Origin: Nitrospirota bacterium
GTDB lineage: Bacteria; Nitrospirota; UBA9217
DNA length: 64,000 nt
Direction: 5' to 3'
Assembly: GCA_963840455.1 (NCBI GenBank)
Contig: CAWIYV010000009.1
Coordinates: forward strand, 96,001-160,000
In this document: positions 28,612 to 37,775 of the stretch, piece after piece
How positions within the stretch are numbered: the stretch's first letter is position 1
Layout of the letters: every line of letters starts with the position of its first letter
Made by a program: the position numbers and the translations under genes
The notes under the pieces: model-generated
What the model was told of the DNA's origin: nothing
Seen by the model: only the letters and a program-made list of their open reading frames with translations
Databases searched by the model: none

Positions 28612-30075
28612 ATGTCTTTTGATTCATTGAACCTCGCATCACCGATCATCAAAGCGATCAGCCTGTGCGGCTATGCCGCGCCCACGCCGATCCAGGAGCA
28701 GGCGATCCCCCCGGCCATGGCCGGGAAGGACCTCATCGCTTCGGCCCAGACGGGCACGGGCAAGACCGCGGCCTTCGTCATCCCGGCGCTCGAGCGCCTG
28801 CAGAATCCTTCCGCGGCCCGGGGGAAGGGGCCTCGCGTCCTGATCCTCACTCCGACCCGGGAACTGGCCAATCAGGTTACCGAGGCGGTCCGCACGTACG
28901 GTAAGTTCATGCGCCTGCGCCACGGTGCCATCGTGGGTGGCATGCCCTACTTTGAGCAGCAGCGGCTTCTGTCGCAGCCCGTGGACATCATTATCGCTAC
29001 GCCGGGGCGGCTCATCGACCACCTCGAGAGCGGGCGTATCGATTTCTCGCGCGTCGAGCTCCTGGTTCTCGATGAGGCCGACCGCATGCTCGACATGGGC
29101 TTCAGCGAGGCAGTTGAGACCATCACCAAGGCGACGCCCGAAGGCCGCCAGACGCTGCTCTTCACCGCGACATGGGACAACACCATGGCGCGGCTGGCCC
29201 AGCGCCTCATGAAGGACCCTGTCCGCATCGCCGTTGTCGGCAAGAAAGCTACGCTCGAAGCGATCGAGCAGCGCCTCCACGCGGCAGATGATATGCAGCA
29301 CAAGACCCGGATGCTGAACCACCTCATCGCCGACAGCGGGATGACGCGGGCCATCATCTTCTCGTCCACCAAGCGGAACGCCGACCAGCTGGCCCGGGAG
29401 CTCCATGCCCAGGGCCACGCGGCCGAGGCCCTGCACGGCGACATGACCCAGGGCGCGCGCAACCGCACCATCACGAACATGCGCCGCGGAAAGGTCCGCC
29501 TGCTCGTAGCCACGGACGTGGCCGCGCGGGGGCTCGACGTGCCGGGCATCACCCATGTGATCAACTACGACCTTCCGAAGAACGCCGAGGACTATGTCCA
29601 TCGCATCGGCCGCACGGGCCGCGCAGGCGCAACAGGCATCGCCATCTCCTTCGTTTCCTTCCGGGAGCTGGACCAGCTGACCCGGATCGAACGGTACATC
29701 GGCCAGTCACTTCCCCAGCAGGTGATCGCTGGGTTGGAGCCGGCCAGGCCGCTTCGTGCCGCAGGCGGCCGTTCGGATCGTCCTTCTTCCTCGGGATACC
29801 GGGGGAGGACGTCCGCGCCGGGAGCCAGCCGTTACGGACAACGTTCGTCGACGTCGCGCGATGGATACGGCGCTTCGACGGGCAGAAAGCCTCATTCAGC
29901 CGGAGCGTATGCAGGCGACCGTACCCGCGACGCCTACGGAACGTCCACAGGCAGGAAGCCCTATTCGTCGGGGAACGCCTTTGTGGGTGACCGGAAGCGC
30001 GATGCCAAGTCGCAGGGCGGCTGGGCTGGAGACTACCGCAAGCCCCAGGGCGACCGCAAATCCCGCTGGGCATAG
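28612..30075 (+). CDS. DEAD-box ATP-dependent RNA helicase (RhlE-like)
   Basis: AQTGTGKT, PTRELA, DEADRMLDMGF, ARGLD, HRIGRTGRAG and an R/G/S-rich tail. Confidence 0.96.
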   Translation: MSFDSLNLASPIIKAISLCGYAAPTPIQEQAIPPAMAGKDLIASAQTGTGKTAAFVIPALERLQNPSAARGKGPRVLILTPTRELANQVTEAVRTYGKFMRLRHGAIVGGMPYFEQQRLLSQPVDIIIATPGRLIDHLESGRIDFSRVELLVLDEADRMLDMGFSEAVETITKATPEGRQTLLFTATWDNTMARLAQRLMKDPVRIAVVGKKATLEAIEQRLHAADDMQHKTRMLNHLIADSGMTRAIIFSSTKRNADQLARELHAQGHAAEALHGDMTQGARNRTITNMRRGKVRLLVATDVAARGLDVPGITHVINYDLPKNAEDYVHRIGRTGRAGATGIAISFVSFRELDQLTRIERYIGQSLPQQVIAGLEPARPLRAAGGRSDRPSSSGYRGRTSAPGASRYGQRSSTSRDGYGASTGRKPHSAGAYAGDRTRDAYGTSTGRKPYSSGNAFVGDRKRDAKSQGGWAGDYRKPQGDRKSRWA

Positions 30076-30111
30076 ACCCTATCGGGACAATGCTCCCATT
30101 ATAGTAACGAC

Positions 30112-30145
30112 AAAAAGCGCCTCTTACAGAAGAGGCGCTTTTTTT
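30112..30145. terminator. Bidirectional Rho-independent terminator
   Basis: aaaaagcgcctctt-acag-aagaggcgcttttttt between convergent genes. Confidence 0.9.
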
Positions 30146-30182
30146 GTTCCGAGCTCAATGTTCGATCCTGACCGTGGCCGGG

Positions 30183-30629
30183 CTATGACATCGATGCCTG
30201 GACCCACTGGGCCAGTTCGGACCCTTCCCGGGGCGCGCCGTCCAAGCGGCCGAGCTGCTTGCTGTCCCGGAAGGTGAGGAACGTGGGGGCAGACTGTATG
30301 GAGTAGAGCAGGCTGAGGCCAGGTTCAGCATCGGTATCCACCTTGATCACTTTCAGCCTGCCTGCCTGGGCGAAGGCGATGTCGGCCACGGCAGGCTCGA
30401 TCTTCTTCCAGAGGTCGTTCCCCTTCGCCCAGAACACCACGAGCACGGTTTCGAGCCACGAGGAGAGTTCCTGGTCGAAGGACGCGGCCGTTGCAGTCAC
30501 CGCTTGGAAGGGGAAGTCGAGCAAAGCCTTGCATTTCCCGCAGAGCGGGTTCTGGGTGAGCTTCTTGACGGGAACCCGGTTAAGGGCTTTGCAGGACCTG
30601 CAGCGGAGCAGTGCGGTGTCGTTCGCCAT
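30183..30629 (-). CDS. TrxC-like thioredoxin with N-terminal Zn finger but no active-site CxxC
   Basis: CRSCKALNRVP..CGKCK Zn site; FWAKGNDLWK replaces WxxWCxxC. Confidence 0.8.
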   Translation of the reverse strand: MANDTALLRCRSCKALNRVPVKKLTQNPLCGKCKALLDFPFQAVTATAASFDQELSSWLETVLVVFWAKGNDLWKKIEPAVADIAFAQAGRLKVIKVDTDAEPGLSLLYSIQSAPTFLTFRDSKQLGRLDGAPREGSELAQWVQASMS

Positions 30630-30672
30630 GGTGGTTGAAGGGGACCTCGAGGACCGGAGCTGCCGAGGCGTC

Positions 30673-31140
30673 TCAATAGCTCGTATATTTCAAAAGATTA
30701 TCAATCCAGGTCACGAACTCGCCTTTTTCCTTGGGTGCACCGTCCATACGGACAGCGAATACGCCGTTCTTGTAGACCAGGAACGTCGGCGTCTTGGTGA
30801 CCTGCAGGCGCTGCGCCAGGTAGGCCTCCGACTCGATGTCCACCTTCAGGACCTTGAGTTGGCCGGCCTTTTCTCTCGCGAGCTCGGCGACATAAGGGTC
30901 GTATACCTTGCAGTACAGGCACCAGGGGGACCAGAACATGACGAGCAGGGTCTCGGGCCAGTATGACACGTCGCGGTCAAAGCTGGCTGCCTTTCCCTGG
31001 ACCGGCTGGCGCGGCACCTCAATGACGTTCTTGCAGCTGCCGCAGCGCGGACCGCTCCCGATCCTGTCCTGCGGCACCCGGTTCAGGGTCAGGCAATTAC
31101 CACACCGTATGGTTATTTTTACAGGGAGTGTTTCAGTCAT
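30673..31140 (-). CDS. Thioredoxin 2 (TrxC-like)
   Basis: CGNCLTLNRVP..CGSCK and FWSPWCLYC. Confidence 0.88.
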   Translation of the reverse strand: MTETLPVKITIRCGNCLTLNRVPQDRIGSGPRCGSCKNVIEVPRQPVQGKAASFDRDVSYWPETLLVMFWSPWCLYCKVYDPYVAELAREKAGQLKVLKVDIESEAYLAQRLQVTKTPTFLVYKNGVFAVRMDGAPKEKGEFVTWIDNLLKYTSY

Positions 31141-31146
31141 CGTTCG

Positions 31147-31452
31147 TTAACGCAGGTTCTTTTGTAATCGGTCCTTCAGGGACGCAACCGATGGTACGTT
31201 CATGAGCCGCCCGGACTCGTCGGGGTAGGCCCTTCAGGTGATGCCCGGTGAACCCCCTCCTTCGAACAGGTCCATCCCGTCCAGTCGGATGGTAGGGGAG
31301 CCGGAGATCCCGAGGCTTACCGCCTCGTCATAGGAGACCGTGTGAAAGGCCACCTCGGTGTCAAGCCCCAGCTCTCGAAGGGCGTGGCCGATGTTCTCCC
31401 GGAGCTGGTAGTATGAGCCGCAGTGCTCGGACAGGTAGCAGTCTATCTTCAT
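31147..31452 (-). CDS. Thioredoxin-fold probable selenoprotein (DUF2703 / GSPT..CRxY family), 101 aa
   Basis: MKIDCYLSEHCGS..GISGSPTIRLDGMDLFEGGGSPGIT(TGA 31236-31234)RAYPDESGRLMNVPSVASLKDRLQKNLR*; the read-through frame ends 6 nt before the next ATG. Confidence 0.8.
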
Positions 31453-31517
31453 GGCAACGGTGAGCAAAGTACCCGAAACGGCCGCAGAATGCAATACCCG
31501 AAAAATATCCGACCGGC

Positions 31518-31841
31518 CTATTTCCGGGTCTGCCGGGCGATCACATCATCGACCCAGGACAGCGCTGCCGAGACCGTGGGGAAGCCGATAGTGCTGGTGA
31601 GCACGATGATCGCATGCTGTACCTCTGCCGGCTTGGCTCCCGCTTCGAGCGCCCTGCGCGCGTGGGAATGCACAGACCCTTCGGCGCGGATCGCGGCGGC
31701 CGCGGCCAGCTGGACCAGCTCCGAGGTCTTCTTGTTCAGCGGCCCCGCCGACTTGGTGGCCTTTCCGAGCTTTTCGAGCGCTGTCATGACCCCTTCGTAC
31801 CGCTTCATGATGCTGGTGTATTGTCCCGGATATTTCGGCAT
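31518..31841 (-). CDS. Carboxymuconolactone decarboxylase family protein
   Basis: GPLNKKTSELVQLAAAAA..VHSHARRALEAGA..TIGFP. Confidence 0.88.
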   Translation of the reverse strand: MPKYPGQYTSIMKRYEGVMTALEKLGKATKSAGPLNKKTSELVQLAAAAAIRAEGSVHSHARRALEAGAKPAEVQHAIIVLTSTIGFPTVSAALSWVDDVIARQTRK

Positions 31842-31976
31842 GTATACCTCCTCAATGAGAAGTCTCTGCTTCCATGGAACACCATCATACGATAAGTCGA
31901 GGAAAAAGTATAGCGCTAGTCAAGGCTCCTCTGAGCCGGAGAGAGCGGGGTACTGCGCAAAGATGTGAAAATTTCC

Positions 31977-32005
31977 TTGACAAGAACAATTCTAAAGTGA
32001 TAATA
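31977..32005 (+). promoter_or_regulatory. Promoter with Per/Fur-box-like inverted repeat
   Basis: TTGACA..AGAACAATTCT..GATAAT just upstream of the Fur-family gene. Confidence 0.55.
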
Positions 32006-32014
32006 TTTCCAGAC

Positions 32015-32443
32015 ATGAAAGCCCATACGATACCGCGCGGAGAAAAATATCGGACCCTGGGGATCAAGCTCACCCCGCAAAGGATCGCCATCCTTGACTA
32101 CCTGGAGGGTAACCTGTCCCATCCCTCGGCCGAGGACGTGTACAAGGCGGTCTTGCGAAAATACCCGACCATGTCCTTCGCAACGATCTACAACACCCTG
32201 GAAACGCTGAAGCGGAACGGCATGGTGGCGGAGCTCACAGGCGATCCGGGAAAAAAACGGTTCGATCCGAACCCCCGTCCTCACCACCACCTTATCTGCA
32301 CGCGGTGCCGGCGGATCGTGGACGTCCGGGTGGAGTTCCGCCTGCCGGTCCCCGACCGGGACCGCGCCGGATTCGAGATCACGGGCAACCATATCGAGTT
32401 CTTCGGGACCTGTCCCGCTTGTAAGAAGCGAACCTATTTATGA
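32015..32443 (+). CDS. perR: Fur family regulator, PerR-like
   Basis: KLTPQRIAIL, HPSAEDVY, ATIYNTL, HHHLICTRC and GTCPAC; upstream of rubredoxin and rubrerythrin genes. Confidence 0.85.
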   Translation: MKAHTIPRGEKYRTLGIKLTPQRIAILDYLEGNLSHPSAEDVYKAVLRKYPTMSFATIYNTLETLKRNGMVAELTGDPGKKRFDPNPRPHHHLICTRCRRIVDVRVEFRLPVPDRDRAGFEITGNHIEFFGTCPACKKRTYL

Positions 32444-32459
32444 TCGGAGGAACAGAACC

Positions 32460-32897
32460 ATGTGTATGGCTCATGAGAGAAATTGCGCGTGCGGATCTCG
32501 GTCCGTGTCATTCCACTTCAAGGACAACATCATGCCCGAGCAGGTAATCAAGGGGCTCTATTGCCCGTCCTGTTCCAAGGACGTTACGCCGGACCCGACG
32601 ACCATGGTCAGCGACAACGGCTGGATGATTCGGTATGACATGGAGGCGGCTAAGTTCGTGGGCGAGAAGCATATCAGGGGAGAGATCACGCCGTCGGTGC
32701 TGTTCGACCAGGGGTACTGCACCTGGAACGGCGTCTATCCCGGCGACCACCTTGACAGTGTCCGGGAACGGGAGAAGATCATCGCCCTGGCGAAAACGGA
32801 CCCCTTGGAATACCTCAAGCAGCTCAAGTCCTGGGCCGTCGAGAGAACGGAGAAATTAAAACATGAAGGCTGGAGAAAAGCAAAGAACGCAGCGTAA
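32460..32897 (+). CDS. Cys-containing hypothetical protein
   Basis: GGAGG RBS; MC..CACG..YCPSC..DNGW..GYCTW; operonic spacing. Confidence 0.75.
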   Translation: MCMAHERNCACGSRSVSFHFKDNIMPEQVIKGLYCPSCSKDVTPDPTTMVSDNGWMIRYDMEAAKFVGEKHIRGEITPSVLFDQGYCTWNGVYPGDHLDSVREREKIIALAKTDPLEYLKQLKSWAVERTEKLKHEGWRKAKNAA

Positions 32898-32934
32898 GCA
32901 GCCGGCGGCGTGCCTGGTGTCTGTCCCGGTGCTG

Positions 32935-33054
32935 ATGACGATCGTGACGTGCCCGGCCTGCGGGACCGGCGTGGACCTCTGGACCGGCGAGGAGGAGATA
33001 CGCTGCTTCGCCTGCGACCATAGGATCTTCAAACAACAACGGTACGACCACTGA
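32935..33054 (+). CDS. Small zinc-ribbon protein
   Basis: MTIVTCPACGTGVDLWTGEEEIRCFACDHRIFKQQRYDH*; start uncertain. Confidence 0.55.
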   Translation: MTIVTCPACGTGVDLWTGEEEIRCFACDHRIFKQQRYDH

Positions 33055-33069
33055 TATTCGGGAGGAAGC

Positions 33070-33549
33070 ATGGATGTCACCATAGGGAAGGTCCCCGGCG
33101 GCCTAAGCGTTGACGGGCTCGAGCTTAAGAACGGCAAGTGCGGGTGCACGGCGGTGCTGCCCTGCTGTTACAGCTGGTCCAAGGTGAAGCGTAACGGAGA
33201 CAAGATCTCGTTCGCGGCCAAGGCCTCGGGCCCCGAGTCCAAGGACACCTTCGCCTGGGGCTTCACGGTCAAGAAGGGACAGTTCGAGGTCGAGGTCTTC
33301 TTCGAGGACGCCCGCGACAAGACCATCTTCTCCGGGTTTTATCCCCCAAGGATCGAGGATTTCCTGGCAAAGGGCTGGGAGCTGGTCAAGAAGGACGGCG
33401 AGCGCGAGGACTTCGGGTTGTGGCGCTGCGCAGCCTGTCGGTGGCTCTATAAGGAAAAAGACCAGAAGACGCCCTTCGAGAGCCTCCCGGACGACTGGAC
33501 GTGCCCGGTCTGCAAGGCCGGCAAGGCGTCATTCGAGCAGGTCGCGTGA
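33070..33549 (+). CDS. Protein with unknown Cys-rich N-domain and C-terminal rubredoxin domain
   Basis: KCGC..PCC near the N-terminus; [23 protein letters not shown]. Confidence 0.85.
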   Translation: MDVTIGKVPGGLSVDGLELKNGKCGCTAVLPCCYSWSKVKRNGDKISFAAKASGPESKDTFAWGFTVKKGQFEVEVFFEDARDKTIFSGFYPPRIEDFLAKGWELVKKDGEREDFGLWRCAACRWLYKEKDQKTPFESLPDDWTCPVCKAGKASFEQVA

Positions 33550-33716
33550 CTGCCAAAAGACGCTCATACATGAGCATAAGCAAGTCCGCGTCATTCTTCG
33601 TTAAACTGTCTTTCGGTTATTGACAGAGCTTGCGAGCGTTCAGCTTCATCGTACGAACAAGATAGCCAAAATCTGCTACAATACCAGGTATAAATCCGAT
33701 CGTGAAGGGAGACGCT

Positions 33717-33848
33717 ATGTGGCGATGTACGGTGTGCGGTTACGAGTATGACGAGGCAAAGGAAGGGACTCCCTTCGAGAAGCTTCCGGACGACTGGACC
33801 TGTCCGGTCTGCAACGCGCCGAAGTCGGAATTCGAAAAGGTGCGGTAA
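33717..33848 (+). CDS. Rubredoxin, 43 aa (not in ORF track)
   Basis: [43 protein letters not shown]; GGGAG RBS. Confidence 0.93.
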   Translation: MWRCTVCGYEYDEAKEGTPFEKLPDDWTCPVCNAPKSEFEKVR

Positions 33849-34026
33849 ACGTCACGAGTTCGGACAACGAAACGAAAAGGCATCTCTTGCAACCAAAGGC
33901 AGGCGCTTCTAAGCGAGGACGCAAAGGGTAGATCAAAATCTGCTGTTCTTTGCGAGCTTAGCGGCTTTGCACGAACCTCTTCCCCTGTTGAGAAGAATTT
34001 GATCCTGTACAAACCAAGGAGGCACT

Positions 34027-34524
34027 ATGTCCAAGACGGAACAGAACTTGAAGGATGCGTTCGCCGGGGAGTCCCAAGCGAACCGGAAGTACCTGGCCTA
34101 CGCCAAGAAGGCGGAGCAGGAGGGTAATAAACAGGCTGCAAAGCTCTTCCGCGCGGCCGCGGCGGCGGAGACCATCCACGCCCACAACCATCTGCGGGAG
34201 CTCGGCGTGGTGAAGTCCACGAAGGACAACCTGATGGACGCTATCAACGGCGAGTCCTACGAGTTCCAGAAGATGTATCCGCAAATGATCGCCGATGCAA
34301 AGGCGGAGAGCATCGCCGGTGCGCTCAGAAGCTTCAACTATGCCAACGAGGTCGAGAAGGTCCACGCGGCGCTCTATAAGAAGGCCCTGGAGAACCTCGG
34401 CAAGGGTGGTCCTGACATGGACTTCTATGTCTGCTCGGTCTGCGGCTACACTGCCGAAGGCGCGGCGCCGGACGTATGCCCGGTTTGCGGCGCAAAAAAA
34501 CAGGCCTTCATGAAAGCGGAATAA
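34027..34524 (+). CDS. rbr: Rubrerythrin
   Basis: AFAGESQANRKY, AETIHA, GESYE..MYP, EKVH and CSVCGY..CPVCGA. Confidence 0.95.
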   Translation: MSKTEQNLKDAFAGESQANRKYLAYAKKAEQEGNKQAAKLFRAAAAAETIHAHNHLRELGVVKSTKDNLMDAINGESYEFQKMYPQMIADAKAESIAGALRSFNYANEVEKVHAALYKKALENLGKGGPDMDFYVCSVCGYTAEGAAPDVCPVCGAKKQAFMKAE

Positions 34525-34551
34525 GGATCACTGAACTGTGGTAGAATGACA

Positions 34552-34583
34552 GCGGCCGGTACGCGAGTGCCGGCCGTTTTTTT
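34552..34583 (+). terminator. Rho-independent terminator after rbr
   Basis: gcggccggtac-gcga-gtgccggccgt followed by a T run. Confidence 0.8.
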
Positions 34584-34610
34584 ATCTCTTCGGAAACGAG
34601 GTTCTCATCG

Positions 34611-35180
34611 ATGAAAGTCGTGGCATTCTTCGGCAGCCCCCGGATCCACGGGAACACCGAGCTCCTGCTCGAAGAGGCGCTCAAGCCAGCACGGGAGGCG
34701 GGATATGAGGTCGTCCCGTTCAAGCTGAACTACATGAACATCAAGCCCTGCCAGAACTGCGGCGGCTGCGAGAAAACAGGCATCTGCATCGTGAACGACG
34801 CCATGAAGGAGGTCTACGACGCCATCCGGGCGGCGGACCGCTTCATCCTCGCTTCGCCCATCTTCTTCTTCAGCCTGAGCGCGCAGTCGAAGGCGATGAT
34901 CGACCGGTGCCAGGCCTTCTGGTGCGATAAGTATCTCCTCAAGAGGACGATCCCGTCCGGCCCGAAGGGCAGGAAGGGGCTCCTGATCGTGGTGGGCGGC
35001 ATGAAGAAGGAGGACGGCATCCACTGCGCCGAGACCACGACGAAGGCGTTCTTCCGGACGATCAGCGTTCCCGAACACGAGACCGTGAGCTTCCTGGGCG
35101 TCGACGCAAAGGGCGATATCTTGAACCATCCCACGGCGATGAAGGACGTGTATGAGGCGGGAAAGCGGCTGATCGGATAG
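34611..35180 (+). CDS. Iron-sulfur flavoprotein / NADPH-dependent FMN reductase family
   Basis: GSPRIHGNT, PCQNCGGC..GIC and ASPIFF..KAMIDR. Confidence 0.9.
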   Translation: MKVVAFFGSPRIHGNTELLLEEALKPAREAGYEVVPFKLNYMNIKPCQNCGGCEKTGICIVNDAMKEVYDAIRAADRFILASPIFFFSLSAQSKAMIDRCQAFWCDKYLLKRTIPSGPKGRKGLLIVVGGMKKEDGIHCAETTTKAFFRTISVPEHETVSFLGVDAKGDILNHPTAMKDVYEAGKRLIG

Positions 35181-35318
35181 AAGACATTGGTTCAAGCGGA
35201 TGATCCGCTTGCCCTCAGATTAGATCACGAACTTACGATCAGCCGCAAAAAACTCAAACATTCATTGGTAAGAATTACGACAAAAGGGATTCATTTTTTG
35301 CATATCCCCTTCGCGTCC

Positions 35319-35396
35319 TGAATCCAGGAGCAAGCGTATAGCGAGCGATTAGAATAACATCTTCCTTGAGGATCGGAGCTCCGCAGGGAGCGACAA
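35319..35396 (+). mobile_element. Miniature element copy 3 (degenerate)
   Basis: tgaatccaggagcaagcg..agcgagcgattagaat..ccttgaggatcg..gcagggagc. Confidence 0.65.
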
Positions 35397-35630
35397 TGAA
35401 TTTCCTGACCCGTCTAAGGCCACGTCCGCTCGCCCGCGCAAACTCGGCCTGCGGCCTCAGACATGCGCGTTTAAGCTCCCAGAAGATTACGGCATGGAGC
35501 TTCGTTCCTTAAGGAAGAGTAATTATCTTACTCGCTCGCTATTCCCTATAAACATCAGGGAATGCGCTCGCTTCTGGAATCGCCCTGCGGGACGCTTCTT
35601 TAGGCCAAGACGGGTGCCCAGGAAACTCAT
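35396..35630. repeat. Palindromic element with terminal inverted repeats, containing miniature element copy 4 (35470..35581, minus)
   Basis: Ends atgaatttcctgacccgtct / agacgggtgcccaggaaactcat; internal cgcgcaaactcggcctgcggcctcagacatgcgcg hairpin. Confidence 0.6.
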
Positions 35631-35720
35631 AGGGCCGCTCCGGAGACATGCGGGTTTGGGTAAAGGTCGTTGCATCTTCCTTTCCATAAGCCCCTGAATC
35701 CCATGTTTTGAAGATGACCT

Positions 35721-35759
35721 AAAAAAAGAAGGCCATCCCGCATTCGCGGAATGGCCTTC
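35721..35759 (-). terminator. Rho-independent terminator after the ACT gene
   Basis: gaaggccatt..atggccttc stem followed by T7 on the minus strand. Confidence 0.8.
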
Positions 35760-35778
35760 AGGTAATTCAGTGGTAGTG

Positions 35779-36300
35779 TTATCCCTTTTGCAAGATTTTG
35801 ATGGCTTTCTTGTCGTCTGCGGTCCTGATCACGCAGCTTGCCATCTTCCCGGTGCTGGTCGTGGAATAGAAATAGTAGATCATGATCCCGGCGTCCGCAA
35901 TGAGCTTCGCGATCCTCTCCAGCGCCCCCACCTTGTTCTCCGTTTCCACCAGGATGACCGAGGAGTCCTGGATCTCGTCAGCACCGATCCTGTCCAGCGC
36001 CCGCTCCGCTTTCACCAGGTCGTCCACGATCAGCGTAAAGATCGCCTTCTGGCGCGGCCCGCTTGCCGAATAGCCGGTCCCGGCCAGGATATTCACGTTC
36101 TCCGCAGCGAGGGCCGCAGCGACCTTCGCGGTCAATCCCACGCTGTCCACAAAGGTCGCCATGATCTCCATGGCCGGCCGCGCCGTGAACTTGGGCGCTG
36201 CCGCCTTGTGACCGACCGGCGCCGCTTTTTTCGCTACCAGCCGCCGTGCAACCGCCTTCTTCACTATCTTCTTTGCCGCCTTTTTCTTCGCTTTCGCCAT
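35779..36300 (-). CDS. Double ACT-domain protein with Lys/Ala-rich N-terminal extension
   Basis: AAGGAG RBS; MAKAKKKAAKK.., DSVGLTAKVAAALAAENVNI and NKVGALERIAKLIADAGI. Confidence 0.85.
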   Translation of the reverse strand: MAKAKKKAAKKIVKKAVARRLVAKKAAPVGHKAAAPKFTARPAMEIMATFVDSVGLTAKVAAALAAENVNILAGTGYSASGPRQKAIFTLIVDDLVKAERALDRIGADEIQDSSVILVETENKVGALERIAKLIADAGIMIYYFYSTTSTGKMASCVIRTADDKKAIKILQKG

Positions 36301-36372
36301 GGAGTGTCTCCTTGAACGGTATTCCTCCCATCGGGGAGGGAGTATAAGCTGGCCGCGGATCCTGCTGCCGCA

Positions 36373-36487
36373 TGAATCCAGGAGCGAGCGCATTCCCCGC
36401 AGTTTGCTGCGGGTTAGCGAGCGATCAGGATACATAAGCTACCTTGAGGATCGAAGATCCCCTGCAGCTTACTGCAGGGAACTTCAA
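36373..36487 (+). mobile_element. Miniature element copy 5
   Basis: atgaa|tccaggagcgagcgcattccccgcagtttgctgcggg..cccctgcagcttactgcagggaacttcaa. Confidence 0.8.
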
Positions 36488-36555
36488 CTGCCGCTACTGT
36501 ACCATAAAATACCGGTGCAGGACAAGCGCCATTCCGGGCGCTTTTTTATGTTCTT

Positions 36556-37348
36556 TTACCGGATATGCCATGCGCCGACAGTCAGGTCCTTTGAAAATGA
36601 TCGGGAGCCTTTGTTGATCGGCGCGATGTTCCAGGTCCAGGACGCATCCGGTCGGGGCAGCTCGAGCCCATATACCGTTGACCCTCTGCTGATCACCATT
36701 CCGTCGCTCTCGCGCTTCACGAACTCATGGTCCGCTACCAGGCAGACGTCGCAGGACAAAGAACGCAGCAACGCGTAATGAGCTGCTACGATCCGGCCGC
36801 ACCATTCATCGACGGCATATTCGTCCAGTCCCCGCATCCGCTGGGAGGCATAGGCGCGAGGCACGACCCAGAGCTGCGAAAGGATGTTCAGGGATACCAC
36901 CAGGCCTGCGTCGCGAACTACTGCGGGAAGGGACGGCTCTGACTCCGGGAGTTCAGGAAGGGCTCTCTGCCCGTTGCGAAAAAGGTCCTCGGCAATGCCG
37001 GTCACGTCGTATTCGACGAACCTTACATTATTATACTGTCTGATCAGCTTTCCGATCATCGGGCAGGCAGACCACATCCAACAGGATGACCTCCGTGGAA
37101 CATCGATGCAGCTCAGCGAGCGGGACGTCAAGCAGGAGCCCGGAGCCAAGGATAACGGCCTTGTTCCGGTTCCGGCACTTTTCTGCAGAAGACAGGATGA
37201 ACCTGCACGTGTTGTCGAGATGGGGCTGCCAGGCAGCCGTGTTGTACCGTGACCTGCCGCGCATTTCGATAGCTTCATTAAGATAGCCCATGCGGCGGAT
37301 GAAGGAGGAGCAGGGGGTTGTGATATAGGTGAAGAGATCAAGAAGCAT
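36556..37348 (-). CDS. Hypothetical protein (SAM-methyltransferase-like motif), frameshifted near 37048
   Basis: MLLDLF..WQPHL..VILGSGLLLDVPL..LLDVV joins [+1 nt] LIRQYNNVRFVEYDVTG..VVSLNILSQL..WTWNIAP. Confidence 0.65.
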
Positions 37349-37376
37349 AGCGGTCCATTGCGGGTATATGAACGTA

Positions 37377-37775
37377 TCAATTATTTTGTCTTCGTGCCAA
37401 CAGGAACGGCATGAGAGCATACACGATGAGCAGTACGTAATAGACCGTTCCCGATATTGGGTCGCGGCTGGAGAAGTATTCACTGATCGAGTATCCCTGC
37501 AGGGGGCCGACAAGGGAAATCTCTGCGGTCAATAGGAGGGCAAGCGCGAGAAAGCCCATGCCAAGCCGGCTTGATGCAGTGGATGGCACCGCAAGACGCC
37601 GGACCAGCCATCGCGACGCGACGATGATGACCGCGAGCATGATGGGCATTTCCAGCAGTTCGGCGATGCGTGTGCCTACGCGAGGGACGACCCAGAGCGT
37701 GCGAATGGGCCCGAGCACAAAGCCTGCCCCGAATACGAGCGCGAAGTAGAGTATCCCTGCTTTTAAGATCTTCAT
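37377..37775 (-). CDS. Hypothetical membrane protein
   Basis: MKILKAGILYFALVFGAGFVLGPIRTLWVVPRVG..RDPISG; own ATG overlapping the upstream stop (ATGA). Confidence 0.75.
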   Translation of the reverse strand: MKILKAGILYFALVFGAGFVLGPIRTLWVVPRVGTRIAELLEMPIMLAVIIVASRWLVRRLAVPSTASSRLGMGFLALALLLTAEISLVGPLQGYSISEYFSSRDPISGTVYYVLLIVYALMPFLLARRQNN

